61,509 bases of DNA, filler included, from Hausera hauseri (GCA_046269625.1; 11 parts of 11 records of this genome joined end to end with filler, not necessarily neighbours in it); one strand, 5' to 3'; shown: positions 44,900 through 57,995, counted from the first letter of the whole stretch. The notes: generated from the letters alone by a model not told the origin. A program made the numbers and translations.

Positions 44900-47800
44900 A
44901 GCACAAGGACCACTTGAACCAATTTCAGCCGTCCAAAAAGCAAATATTAATAAACGCAACAAACAGCAGTATTAGCAGCAGCATTCCCACAACAAGCAGG
45001 AAACTTCAAGCATCTACGAGTCTTGACGAACACATAGAAAACAGCAAACAGCAACATCAGCAGCAACATCAACAACAACAACAACAGGAATCTGACCTTT
45101 CCATTACTGTCAAGTACGATCTAAACACATTATACGTGGACATAAAAGTTGACATTACACCATAAATGTCAGTACAATTAAAACATGTACCGTCTGGTGT
45201 ACTCAACCGGTTGGAATCAGAAGTGAAGAACTTCCAACACAACCACCACCACCACTGCAAAGTGCAGTATTATACACTGGCAGAATTTAAAAATTTGGAA
45301 TGTAAGAGGAAACAATGGTACCTGTCACATTGAGCCGAACAGTATTCCGATTATTTTATTGCCGATGTAAGCGAAAACCTCGTCGAAAGGATTACCAACT
45401 ATACCGAAAAGGGTAGTGGCTGGAGAATAATAAAAATAGTCACTCTCGGCTTTATCATAATGAAGTAGAATGACATGATATATTTGCCTGGACGATCATT
45501 TATACCGACACCTGCAACTCTGAAGTACTCTTGTGCGGTATTGAATGTAAAAAATACTGACGACGAATACTGTTTTATTTATAGTATTCTAGCGGTATTA
45601 AAATATGACCAAGTGGATAAACATAGTGCATATGGTCCAAATTAGTATCTGCAGTATTTTTCCGAATTGGCCTTTGATGAAAGATGGATGCCGATGAAAC
45701 TAAAAACCATTCCGACGTTTGAAAGACGTAACCAGACACTACTAATTAACGTGTTCCGGTACAACACAATCTTAGAAATACCGGCAGACGAAGAGATTTA
45801 CAGGAACACCATATAGAAGTAGGAACCCGAATGGAAGCCCAATAAATTTGTCCCTATTAGATCAAAAGCATAGGGAAAATTCCATTACGTGGTCGTGACA
45901 AATTTGGACAGACTGTTAAGCAGGGAACATGACTAGTTCATTAAAAAGCGTATACTATCTAAATGGTGTCCTGTATGTCTGCATGGGTTCAGGTCAGAAA
46001 CAACATGGGAGAAACATGTGACCCTATGCAAACAAAATTCCTCAAGAACAACAATGTACGTCATGCCAGTCAAAAAGGAGCTGAGATTCAGTGAGAAATC
46101 AAAATCCGACAGTGCGGCATACGTGGTATATGTAGATATTGAAGCCGTTCCATCACGGCACAATGCACACGATGAAAAGCACGTTCCAATCGCTGTCGGA
46201 ATGTTTGTAGTCCCAATAAAAGCCACTAGTCAACCGCAGTATTACGTTTTCCACGGCTCGAACGGTATCAGTGATTTCCAGCATCAGGTGGAAACATCAG
46301 TGGAAACGGAAGTCGCAGATATCGACAGATGAAAATGAACCGTTAATGTTTGCAGCCATCGATGAATGCTACCTTTGCCACAAAATATTACCGTTTGATG
46401 CACAGGAACAGCTCGTACCGGATCACGATCATTTTACCGGTCGATACTTGGGATTAGCATGCAATTCATGCAATTTGGCAAGGCGTGTGCGACCATTCCA
46501 ATCGATGATCCTTATTAATTTCAGGGTTTCTGATTGTCACCATATTTTGAAATGGGAAATAAACGGATTTCCGCACTCGAAACTATCCATAATTCCGATT
46601 ACGATAAAGAAATACCTGTCATTGTCTACTCATATAAACCTACTGGCAAAGCTGGTAAATGCCTTGACAGATGTGCCGCTAACAGTGACGCAGTGCGCGT
46701 AGCAAAGGCATATTCCCATAAGACTTTGCGACATCGTACAAGCGCCTCCAGTCGACAGGCGAATTACAACTACAATGGCCCGGTATCACAGAAGAAAAAT
46801 ATCACAAAGCACAGTCGTTTTGGGGAGAGTTCGGCTGCAGAAACGTGTTGGAGTACATGCTTCAGTATCTGAGATAGAATGTGTACTTATTAGCCGACGT
46901 GTTTCAGATATTTCGAGCTAAAGCGTTGGCAGACGATAGGCTATAGCCACTCAACTTTTACTCAATACCCGGAATGAGTTGGACATCAGCTCTGATGTCA
47001 CTGGATCTAGATATGGAGCTATTGCAAGACCCGGAAATGTACCGAATATATGATGTTGGTATTCGTGGCGGCATGACATTTGTAAACAAGCATCACATAA
47101 CCAGTGATGATACCACATCACTGCTGTATATCGACATTAAGAACCTGTACGGCTGGGCGCTTTCACAACCCTTGCCGTACGGTTCATTCGAATGGATAGT
47201 CGACAAACAGGACTTGGACACAATACTGGAAAATCTGCCGAGAGCAGACACAACAGAAAACATCTCAATCGGGTGCCTTATGGAAGTTGATCTTGTGGTA
47301 CCAGATGAACTGCATGATTTTATGGATGAACTGCCGGTCGCACCAATCAGCCTATGTCCACCGGGCTAGAAGGTGAAAAAGCTGCTTATGACGTATGAGC
47401 CGAAACAAAACTACATAGTTCATTGGCGTCTGTTGCAATTTTACATACAGTTGGATGTACGTGTCACACAGCTGAATCGAGCAATCCGATTCGCACAGGC
47501 TCCGATATTCAGTCGGAATTCGGAAAAACGAGTTGCAGTTTGTACGAAGTTTGAAAAAGACTATTACAAACTGAAAAACAATTCTCTATAAGGAAAACAG
47601 TAGAGAATCTGGAAAAGCCGCTCAACGTATGCCTGTGCAACAGCGAAAGCGGTTAGTCACGTACACGAGCAAGGCGCAGTTCAGACGGTCAATGCACATT
47701 GCCGATAGATTGGTTTCTGTGCATTTAAACAAGGAAGAAATCGTACTGGATCAGCCAAGTTATATAGGACAAGTGGTATTAAATCTGAGCAAGTTGCGAA

Positions 47801-48375
47801 TATATGAGCTGCAGTATCTCGATTTGGCACGATACCGGCAAATATTCGACGGATGCAAGATCAACATAATTGCCGGTGACACAGATAGTTTTTTCTTGGA
47901 ACTGAAAAACATCAATCGTGAACAACTACTACGGCAAATGATGGCAGACGGATTACTGTACACGTCGAATTACCCACAGAATCATCTATTGTACAGCAAC
48001 GCCATTACAAACAAAATCGGCTGCTTCAAGGATGAAAGTGAAGGTCGCGTTCAGTATCGGAAATGGATATTTCTACGGCCAAAATGTTATAGACTTTTAA
48101 CTGACAGTGGACCGAAAATGCGCGCCAAAGAAGTTCAGTTGCCCCAGATGGAAATAAATCACGGTGATTATTGCCGTATCTATGAAGGAGAAGCAGAAAA
48201 CGGTAGAGCAGAAGGACATTAAAAGGCTGTTGTGTCTCAAACGATCATACGATCAAGTGAGCACCAGCTGTATACAGTGACCAATACAAAAGTCGCTTTA
48301 TCATACAATGATGATAAGCGAAGGTGTGTGGGGCGAAATAAGAGTTGGGCGTACGGATATTGGCGTTTGGAATAA
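44900..48375 (+). pseudogene. Polinton pPolB, decayed copy 2 (near full length)
   Basis: Q-rich start, EKGSGW, NVKNTDDEYCFIYSIL..HYVVV, CPVC..H..C finger, YVDIEA, CYLC..DHDHFTG..CNSCN, GIRGG, YIDIKNLYG, KLKNNSL, AGDTDS, LRPKCY, DDKR. Confidence 0.9.
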
Positions 48376-48559
48376 AGCACACACATGAATTCGGTGCGGA
48401 CAGATGCAGACAGATCAAAGTGACCCATGTACTGTGACAATTCATTGTGATCTGTATTTTATTTAAATAATGTACATTGTTTGTTGATTTTGCCTTTTGT
48501 TTTATTACCATTTAATTTATCTATACATTTCCATATTTAACTAAGTGTGACGAGAAACA

Positions 48560-49046
48560 ATATTGGGAAAAAATCAATAAAATTTATTAATCCCAGCTTC
48601 CATATTGGTGATTTAATGCTATGTACACCCCTGTATCCTTTCAACTTCAATGTTAAATAGCCTTTAGCTCCTTCCGGTGGCTAAACTGCTGCTGCTGTCG
48701 CTGTTGCTGTTTCTCCGACATGTGAAGTGACAATTTTTATCACATTTCCTTTCAGAAATATTGACGATGTATCTCGGATATCGTTACTCAACACCAAATC
48801 ACTGTGAACTTTTTTAATTGTGTCTTCCATTTTATCCAAATCATCGTCGCTGATCTTTGTCACCAATAGACCGTATTTCACCGGTTTGATTTTGACCGTT
48901 TGCGTAAATGGCGAATGAATAGCGTTGCACAGATAACGTAAGTTGTAGCCATTATACAACCGGAAATTTTTGAGCGAATATTTGCTGTACCTTGACTTTC
49001 TTGAGAGACTCGCGGAACTGTCACCTGAATTGTTTTCCAAAGGCAT
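48560..49046 (-). pseudogene. Polinton ORF X, convergent with pPolB (copy A)
   Basis: Homologous to 54750-55191, including a conserved upstream GATATAAATATGG..TTTCATTTCAC..TTGTCTTATTTAAAAATG promoter-like block. Confidence 0.6.
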
Positions 49047-49599
49047 TTTTTAAATAAGACAAAGGTGAAATGAAATTTCATCCATATTTATATCAAATTT
49101 ATTCATACTGGTTTGCTTNNNNNNNNNNNNNNNNNNNNNNNNNNNNNNNNNNNNNNNNNNNNTTAATTAATTAANNNNNNNNNNNNNNNNNNNNNNNNNN
49201 NNNNNNNNNNNNNNNNNNAATTCAATATATTCTCTCTTGCTTATTATTCTCGTTTCTGCGAGTTCACATAAAAATTTAACATCAAACATGTCCAGTCATT
49301 ATGTCGTCGATCAATTTCTGAATCTCCCTTTTAATGTATTGTTCAATTTGATTAGTAGTAGTAGCAGTATGGGAAACAAATGTTTATAACAGAGTAAAGC
49401 AATTTCACAGATCATTTGGGTTATGTTTAATGTTTAATTTTACGAGTTTATATATTTTAATTTATTTTATTTATAATTTTAATCTATTTTAAATGTTAAT
49501 TTGTTTTGCATTTAGAAATGTTTGCAATATCCCTGAACAGAGTCTGTAGCATACATGAGACGGATCAGTGCCATCAATAGATAGCGAAATATTACATAT

Positions 49600-52515
49600 T
49601 TAGTGGAAAGGACACGTAGTTATGTTCAACTTGTAATATTCCAAACTACTGTCAATACCCCAATTTTTATAAAATGCACAAGCATTACCTTGGTCCGTTT
49701 ACACCGTCTAAGAAGATGATAATGAAGCTGAGCATCTACGAGTCTTGACGAACACAGAAAACAGAAAACAGCAACATCAGCAACAGCATCAGCAATATCA
49801 ATAGCAGGAGAAACAACAACAGGAACCTGACCTTCCTATTACTGTCAAGTACGATCTAAACAGATCGTACGTGAACATAAAAGTTGACATGACACCACAA
49901 ATATCAGTACAATTAAAACATGTACCGTCCGGTGTACGCAATCGGTTGGAATCAGAAGTGAAGAAAATCCACCAACACCACTACATAGGTCATTATTATG
50001 CACTGGCAGTATTTGAAAATTTGGAAGGTGACATGAAACAATGGTATCTGTCACATCGAGCCGAACCGTATTTCGACAATTTTATTTCCGATGTAGGCAA
50101 AAGGCTAGACGAAAAAATCACCAACTATACCGAAAAGGGTAGTGCCTGGCGAATAATAAAAATTGTCACTCTCGGCTTTATTATAACAAAATCGAATGAT
50201 ATGATATATTTGTCCGGACGGTCATTTATACCAACACCTGCAGCTCTGAAGCAGTCTCTGTCGGTGGTGAATGTACAAAAGAAGAACGATGAACATTGTT
50301 TTCTTTACAGTATTCTGGCGGAACTAAAATATGACAAAGTGGACAGAAAATTGCTAATCGTCTAAATGAGTATCGGCAGTATTTTTTCGAATTGGACTTT
50401 GACGAAAACTAGATACCAATGAATCTAAAATCTATTGCGATGTTTGAACAACGTAACCGGACACTGTCAATTAACGTTTTTCGTATAACACAATCGTAGA
50501 AATACCGGCAGACGAAGAGACTTACAAGAACACTCAAGAACCACGACACCCGAATGGATTCCCAACAAATTTGTTGCAGTTAGAGCAGAAGGCGGGGGAA
50601 AATTCCATTACGTGGCCGTAACAAATTTTGACAGTGTCCTGTATGTCTGCATGGATTCAGGTCGGAAACAACATGGGCGAAACATGTGACATTATGCAGA
50701 CAAAATTCCTGGGGAACAACAATGTACGTTATGCCAGTCAAAAAGGAGCTGAGATTCAATGACTGGTCGAAATCCGACAGTACGGCATATGTGGTATATG
50801 CCGATATTGAAGCCATTCTACCACGGAACAACATATATGACCAAAAGCACGTTCCAATCGCTGTCGGTATGTTGGTTATCCCAATAAAAACCGCAGGTCA
50901 ACCTCAATATTATGTTTTCAACGGCTGGAACTGTATCCGTAATTTCCCGCATCAGTTGGAGCCAATAGTAGAAACGGAAGTCACACCACGGTACAGTAAT
51001 AATAGCAATAAACCCTTAATGTGGACAGATGAATATGAACCGTTAATGTTTGCAGTCACAGATAAATGTTACCTGTGCCACAAAATATTACCGTTCGATG
51101 CAAAGGAACGGTTCGTGCCGGATCAAGATCATGTTACCGGTCGATTCCTAGGAGCAGCATGCAATTCATGCAATTTGGCAAGGCGTGTGCAACCATTCCT
51201 ACAGGCTATCTTTCATAACTTCAGGGGTTATGTTTGTCACCATATTTTGAAAAGGGCAATAAACGGATTTCCGTACTGGGAACTACCGTAATTCCGACAA
51301 CAATGGAAAAATACCTGTCACTATATGTTTGTATAAACTGGTTCCAGGTACGCATCCTCGATTCATTGCAATTTTTTAATGAATCATTGGGAAAGCTGGT
51401 AAATGCCTTGGCAGATGTGCCGCTAACATTGACTTAGTTCCATGTGCACATTGCGCGTAACAAAGACATATTCCCATATGACTTTACGATATCGTACGAC
51501 CGGCTCCAGACGACAGACGAATTATCACCGCAATGGCCCGGTATCACAGAAGAAAAATATCACAAAGCACAGTCATTTGGGGCAGAGATCGACTGCAGAA
51601 ACCTGTTGCAGTACATGCTTCAGTATCTGAATTTGGATTTGTACTTATTAGCCGATGTGTTTCAGACATTTTGAGCTAAAGCGTTGGCAGAAGATAGATG
51701 GGAGCCACTTAACTTTTAATCAATATCCGGACTGAGCTGAGCAACAGCTCTGATGTCAATGGGTCGGGATATCGAGCTATTGCACGACCCGAAAATGTAC
51801 TGAATTTTGATATTGGTATTCGTGGTGGCATGACATTTGTCAACAAGCACCATGTTACTGTTGCTGCTGCTACTACTAGTGATGATACCACATCACTGTT
51901 GTGTATCGACATTAATAACCTGTACGACTGGGCGCTTTTACAGCCCTTGACGTACGGTTCGTTCAAATGGATAGTCGATAAACAGGACCTGAACGAAAAA
52001 CATAATGGAAAATCTGCCGAGAACAGACAGAACAGAAAACAGCTCAATCTGATACCTGATGAAAGTCGAAAAGTAGTTAGTCACGTACATCAGCAAGGTG
52101 CAGTTCAGGAGATCAATGCACATTGCCCCTGGATTGACTTCCATGTTTTTAAACAGGGAAAAGTCGTACTGGATTGGCCAAGTTATATAGGATAAGTGGT
52201 ATTGAATCTGAGCAAGTTGTGGATATGAGTTTCAGTATCACGATTTGGCAGTATACCGGCAAATGTTCGGCGGAAGCAATATCAATGTAATTGCCGGTAA
52301 CACAGATAGTTTCTTCTTGGAACAGAAAAACGTCAATCGGGAATAACTATTGCGGAAAATGATGGCAGACGGATTACTGGATACGTCCAATTACCCACAG
52401 AATCATCCATTGTACAGCAATGCCATCACAAACAAAATAATCTACTTCAATGATGAATGAGAAGGTAAGGTTAAGTATCGGAAATGGATATTTCTAAGGC
52501 CAAAATGTTATAGCC
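49600..52515 (+). pseudogene. Polinton pPolB, decayed copy 3 (internal deletions, 3' truncated)
   Basis: Closely similar in DNA to copy 2; YADIEA, FHNFRGY, ILDSLQF, KDIFPYDF, CIDINNLY, AGNTDS, LRPKCYS. Confidence 0.9.
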
Positions 52516-52606
52516 CTGAAGAGGACCGATTGTTCATTCTCTATTTGGCCCTGAAGAGGACCGTATAACTTTCACATCTGTACATCTATACAAAATATTT
52601 ACAGTT

Positions 52607-53190
52607 TTATCTGCAAAAGTACACGGTGCAATTGTTAAAAATATTTGCACCGGTACTAAATGGTAGGGCATCAGTCATTGTCTCCTGTTCTATACATTCG
52701 GTTGCATCAGTCATTATTTCTTTCTCCATGACTGATTGCTTGCGTTCAGCCTCCTTGCGCAATTGGAATATAATTGCCGCTTGTTCAGCAACTTTTTTCC
52801 GCCAATAATCATTTTGTTCTTCCAACTGCGCAATCCTTTTTAATTGATCTGCCTGCTGCTGTTTGTCCACCTGCTGTTGTGTCTGGTCTTCTTCTGTCTG
52901 CTGCTGTTTGTCCACCTGTGGCTGTTTTGATGTTTCTGGTTGTTGCCCTGCTGCTGGTTGTTGTTGGACTGATGCTGCTTGTTGTTGGACTGATGTTGAT
53001 TTATGTTGCAGTGCTGCTGGTTGGACTGCTGCTGGTTGGACTTCTGCAGATGGTTGCTTTCTTTTTTGGGCACAATCTCAAACCTCTTGTTGAGATTTCT
53101 GTGCCATTTATCATCTGCAACATTGTCCAGCTTGATGGACTCCAGTGTCTCATCAAGCTGGAGTTTCTTTCTGAGCCGGTTCCTTCTTCT
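52607..53190 (-). CDS. Q-rich/coiled-coil protein fragment ending in FNNCTVYF
   Basis: Low-complexity Q repeats, heptad-like LKRIAQLEEQNDYWRKKV and a terminal F-x-N-C-x-V motif. Probably frameshifted upstream. Confidence 0.4.
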
Positions 53191-53422
53191 NNNNNNNNNN
53201 NNNNNNNNNNNNNNNNNNNNNNNNNNNNNNNNNNTTAATTAATTAANNNNNNNNNNNNNNNNNNNNNNNNNNNNNNNNNNNNNNNNNNNNCCGATTTGGT
53301 GTGTAGCTGAAGCACATTTTAATTATAAATAAATTTTGTTGTTGTTGTTGTTGTTGTTTTACCGATCTTCTTCTTTCATCAACCCAATTAACGTGTAATT
53401 TTAAAAAATAGGCACAAGAATA

Positions 53423-53880
53423 ATGATAATGAATGACGTGAAGATTATCTTAACAGACAAAAATGCCTTTGTATCGAGACGTGTTACAGCAAACAGTGAA
53501 GGTTACGATGTTTTCCGATGTCAATACGATAATTCCGGACAGCACAATCAAATGCATAACGACTGGGGTTCTATTGGCCATTCCACCCGGTTACTACGGC
53601 CAACATTTATCGAAAAGCGGATTGGCAAAGCTCGGACTGACGGTTGTGGGCGGCGTCATTGATTCAGATTTCCGTGGTGAAATTAAGGTGTTGCTGGAAA
53701 ACCAATCTGGCGAACCGCATGCTTTTTCGAAAGGCAGTCCAATCGCACAAATCGTTTTTCTTCGCTGTGAAGAGACGGAATTCAGTGTAATGTCACCGGA
53801 ACAATGGGGACTGTTTTGCGTTAATGAATGAACACGAAATTAACGCAAAGAATTCGGCTTTGGCGATATGGACAAAACCA
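53423..53880 (+). pseudogene. dut: Trimeric dUTPase, frameshifted
   Basis: Motifs 1-5: EGYDV, KSG, GVIDSDFRGEI, IAQ, RKEFGFG. Frameshift near 53510; stop at 53831. Confidence 0.85.
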
Positions 53881-53974
53881 CCTATGTTTAAATATTGTGA
53901 TGATAATAATAATAATAGTTAATTGTTTTGTTTGTGTTATAAACAAAAAATGATTTTTGTACCAGCGATAAGTA

Positions 53975-54460
53975 ATGCAGACAGGATTTATAGATATTGA
54001 AGCTTTCCAAGATGATAATGCCCGGTACCTGATAAAAAAATTATGTATTATGGACGTCGGTAACATTTTCAAACTGCTTCTGTACATATTCAAGCCCGGT
54101 ATTGTGTGGAATGACCTGACGGAAAAAGCGAAAATTACAAATGGATTTCTCTTTCGACATCGTCATGGACTTCATTGGTATGAAGGCAATTCAAAGTTTT
54201 GTGCGCCGTGTATTATGAGACAGATTTGTGATCATTTTGATATTGAAAATACAATATTTACATTCAAGATCAAATTGACAGACAAAGGTTTACACAACTC
54301 CATTCACTTTCCCGAGTTGCGAATGACAACGTATTCAACAACATAGAACAACTCGCTTGCGATGGTACCTGACAATATCCGATATCCGTATCGTAGTCAT
54401 GGACCACATTGTGCATACAAAAATGTCTACGGCTTTGTATTGACTGTTTCATGCAAATAA
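53975..54460 (+). pseudogene. Small DEDD-like exonuclease-fold protein of Polinton type
   Basis: FIDIEAF...YLIKKLCI...FKP..W.DL...TN.FL..HRHGLHWYEG and a C-terminal HCA.K motif. Frameshifted. Confidence 0.55.
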
Positions 54461-54749
54461 ATAAATGTGTATTTACTTCTTTCTGTAAATAATGTTTATG
54501 TCATGTTTAGGAGTATTGGTCAGTTGAATAAATCAAAGTCCATAAATACGGGTAGGTTATAATAATAATAGTAATCATGGAGTATAATGGACATTGTACA
54601 CTACGCATGACTTCAGTAACATGGAGATAATTTGTATCATTGTGATGAGACAATACTCACAAAGTTAATGTCTATTGTTTACAAAACAAAAAAACAAACC
54701 TTTGATATAAATATGGGTGCAATTTCATTTCACGTTTGTCTTATTTAAA

Positions 54750-55191
54750 AATGTATTTTTAAAACAATTCAGCAGGTGGCAGTCTCAAAAAAGCCACGGT
54801 ACAGCGAATATTCGCTCAGAAATTCCCGGTTGTATAATGGATACAACTTACATAATCTGCGCAACGCTATTCAATTGCCATTGACGCAAACGGTCAAAAC
54901 CAAACCGGTGAAATAGTCTATTGGTGAAAAAGATCAGCGACGATTATTTGGATTCAATGGAAGACGCAATTAGAAAAGTTGACAGTGATTTGGCGTTGAG
55001 TAACGATATCCGAAATATATCGTCGATTTTCTCAAAGGAAATATGGCGAAAATTGTCAATTCACATGGCGGAGAGAGCAGCAAAAGCAGTTTTGCCACCA
55101 GAAGGAGCTAAAGGTCATCTAACATTGAAGTTGAAGGGATACTCGGCGTTAAATCATCAATATGGAAGCTGGAAAAGTTTACGCTGATTTG
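54750..55191 (+). pseudogene. Polinton ORF X (copy B), convergent with pPolB
   Basis: RYSEYSLRNSRLYNGYNL..KISDD.LD.MED.I.KV.SDL.LSNDIR..LPPEGAKGHLTLKLKGY..WKL, shared with copy A. Confidence 0.6.
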
Positions 55192-55409
55192 ACTTTGTTT
55201 TTGATTTTAGATTATGATGATTAAGAAATTTTATTGGTTTTGTTTCTTTGTTTTTCATATTGTTTCTCGTCACGTACATTAAATGATAAAATAATAAAAC
55301 AAAAGGCAAAACAGTGAACAACATACATTATTTATAAAACAGATCACAACAAAATGTCATAGTTAATTGATCTGTCTGCATGGATTTCATCTGTGAGTGT
55401 GTGCGTGTT

Positions 55410-57421
55410 TTATTCCAAACGCAAATGTCCATACGCCCAACTCTTATTTCGCCCTACTCACTTACGCTTATCATCATTGCATTATAAAGCGACTTTTGTA
55501 TTGGTCACCGTGTACAGCTAGTGCTCATCCCATCGGATAATCGTGTTATACAAAAGCCTTTGATTGTCCTCCTCCCTCTCCTCCTTCATAGATACGGCGA
55601 TAATCACCGAGGTCGATTTCCGCCTGTCACAGCTGGACTCCTTTTGCACGCATTTTCAGTCCACAGTCCGTCAGAAGACTGCAGCACTTTGGGCGTAGGA
55701 ATATCCATTCTCGATATTGAACTCGACCTTCACTTTCATCCTTAAAGCAGCCGTCAAGGATGACTGTCCGTCAGAAGACTGCAGCACTTTGGGCGTAGGA
55801 ATATCCATTCCCGATATTGAACCCGACCTTCACTTTCATCCTTGAAGCAGCCGATTTTGTTGGTGATCGCGCTACCGTACAACGGATGATCAGGTGGATA
55901 GTTGGACGTGTCCAGTAGTCCATCTGCCATCATTTGCCGGAGCAGTTTATCGCAATTGACGCTTTTTAGCTCAAGGAAAAAGCTATCTGTATCACAGGCA
56001 ACAATACTGATCTTATACCCGTCTAACATTTGCCGGTAACGTGCCAAGTCGCGATACTGGAGCTTGTACATTCGCAACTTGCTCAGATCCAATACCACGT
56101 GTCCGATGTAACTTAACCGGTCCAAAACGACTTCTTCCCGGTTTAACAGCACCGCAGCCAATCCATCGACAATGTGCATTGACCGCCTGAACTGAGCCTT
56201 GCTGGTGTACGTAACCAGCCGCTTTGCGCTGTTACATAGGCGCGCATTGAGCCGCTTTTTGAGGTTCTCTACTGTGTTGCCGTAAAGATAATTATTTTTC
56301 ATCTTGTAGTAGTCCTTTTCGAACTTTGTACAAACTGCGGCTCATTTCTCCGATTTTCCGTCAATGTATGCTTTAAATGTCAGCGCCTGATTAAATTTTA
56401 TCGCGCGATGCAGCTGTGACGCGTACACCTAGCTGCATATAAAACTTCAGTAGACGCCAATGAACCACGTAATTCGATTTGGGTTCATGCGCCATGAGCA
56501 GTTTCTTTACTTCTGAGCCGAGCAGACATTGACTGATTGGTGCCAGGGGTAATTCATCCAGAGCTTCATGCAGCTCATTTGGTACCAAAAGATCGACTTC
56601 TATTAGGCAACCGACTGAGCGGCTTTCTGTCATGTTTGCTGCTGGAAAACTGTCCAGCAACGTATCCAGTTCTTGTTTGTACATTATCTATTCAAACGAA
56701 CCGTACGGCAATGGTTGCAAAAGCGCCCAGCCGTACAGGTTATTAATATCGATGCACAACATTGACGTTGTATCATCGTCATCACTGGTTACTTGACGCT
56801 TATTGACAAATGTCATGCCGCCACGAATACCAACATCAAATAGTCGGTACATTTCCGGCTCTTGCAACAGCTCAATTTCCCTATCCAGTGACATTAGTGT
56901 CAATGTCCAACTCATCCCCGGTATGGAGTAAAAGTTTAGCGGCTCCAGCCTATATTCCACCAACGCCTTAGCACGAAATGTCTGAAACACATCGGCTAAC
57001 AAGTACACGTCCAGTTTCAAGTACTAGAGCATGTACTCCAACATGTTTCTGCAGCCGAACTCTGTCCACGCTTCCTGTAATCTGTGGTACTCGTCCTCTG
57101 TGATTCCGGTCCATTGTGGCGGCAATTCATCTGTTGTCTGAAGCCGGTCGTATGACACAGCAAAGTCATATGGGAATATGCCTTTGCTGCGTGCAATATG
57201 CGCAGAGAACTGCGTCAGCGTTATCGCACATCCGGCAAGGCACTTACGAGCTTTCCTAAAGACTCATTGGCGAACTGCAATAAGTCAAGAAACCGTACCT
57301 GGAACCGGTTTATGCGTGCAGACAGGGACAGTTACTTCTCCATTGTTGTTGGGATTATGGACAGTTCCCAGTGCGGAAATCCGTTGATGGCCCATTTCAG
57401 TATATGGTGACAATCATAACC
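55410..57421 (-). pseudogene. Polinton pPolB, decayed copy 4 (C-terminal part), with a ~90-bp tandem duplication at 55664-55853
   Basis: FLDLLQF, KGIFPYDF, LDVYLLADVF, GIRGG, CIDINNLYG, KMKNNYLYG, ACDTDS, GCFKDE, LRPKC, DDKR. Confidence 0.9.
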
Positions 57422-57659
57422 NNNNNNNNNNNNNNNNNNNNNNNNNNNNNNNNNNNNNNNNNNNNTTAATTAATTAANNNNNNNNNNNNNNNNNNNNNNN
57501 NNNNNNNNNNNNNNNNNNNNNGTGGCTATAGTAAGTCAGTTAAATTATACTCAACTAAAAGGCGGTAAAAGGTATACTTCAATATAATGGCATATAAATA
57601 TGTTTTACAGTCACACAACATTGAAGACTTGGCAGCACCGTGATAGGACTAATTGTATG

Positions 57660-57995
57660 CATGCCATTACACAACTGAATGTTTGGCTTCCAATTTTGGT
57701 CTCTTCTTACATGATATCTCGACTGAAACCAGGATCCCATGTTGTGAATCGTGACCAAACACTTTCGTTGAAACCCTGGTAACGTTCTTGACAGCACGTT
57801 CAACGGTTTGGGTGTGACAAGGCAGTCTTGGTGGTCTAAGTTTTGCAGCTGCTAAGAGCTCCTCATCTGACATTCAGGACGGCACTGATGGTGGCTTTAA
57901 GGGGCAAAATTTCCAGTCAATGAGGTCATAATACGACGTCGCTGCAAAGTTTATATTTATACTTGATTTTGAAAATTTGCGTACATCTTTGTCAC
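57660..57995 (-). pseudogene. hAT (hATm-like) transposase C-terminal remnant
   Basis: VRKF...INFAATSYYDLIDW...PP..SDEEL..LPCHTQTVERAVKNVT. The subgroup assignment is from memory. Confidence 0.65.

Noticed and set aside
52774-53242. Hydrophobic and Cys-rich plus-strand ORFs
   Set aside because: Reverse-complement translations of CAG/CAA-rich low-complexity sequence.
12050-57421. Alternative genetic code explaining the many in-frame stops
   Set aside because: Stops co-occur with frameshifts and differ between copies, while dynein and the large Gypsy ORFs read cleanly in the standard code.
3963-57521. Regularly recurring TTAATTAATTAA palindrome
   Set aside because: Assembly linker inside N-runs. 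ORFs ending in X-runs and adjacencies across linkers are artefacts.
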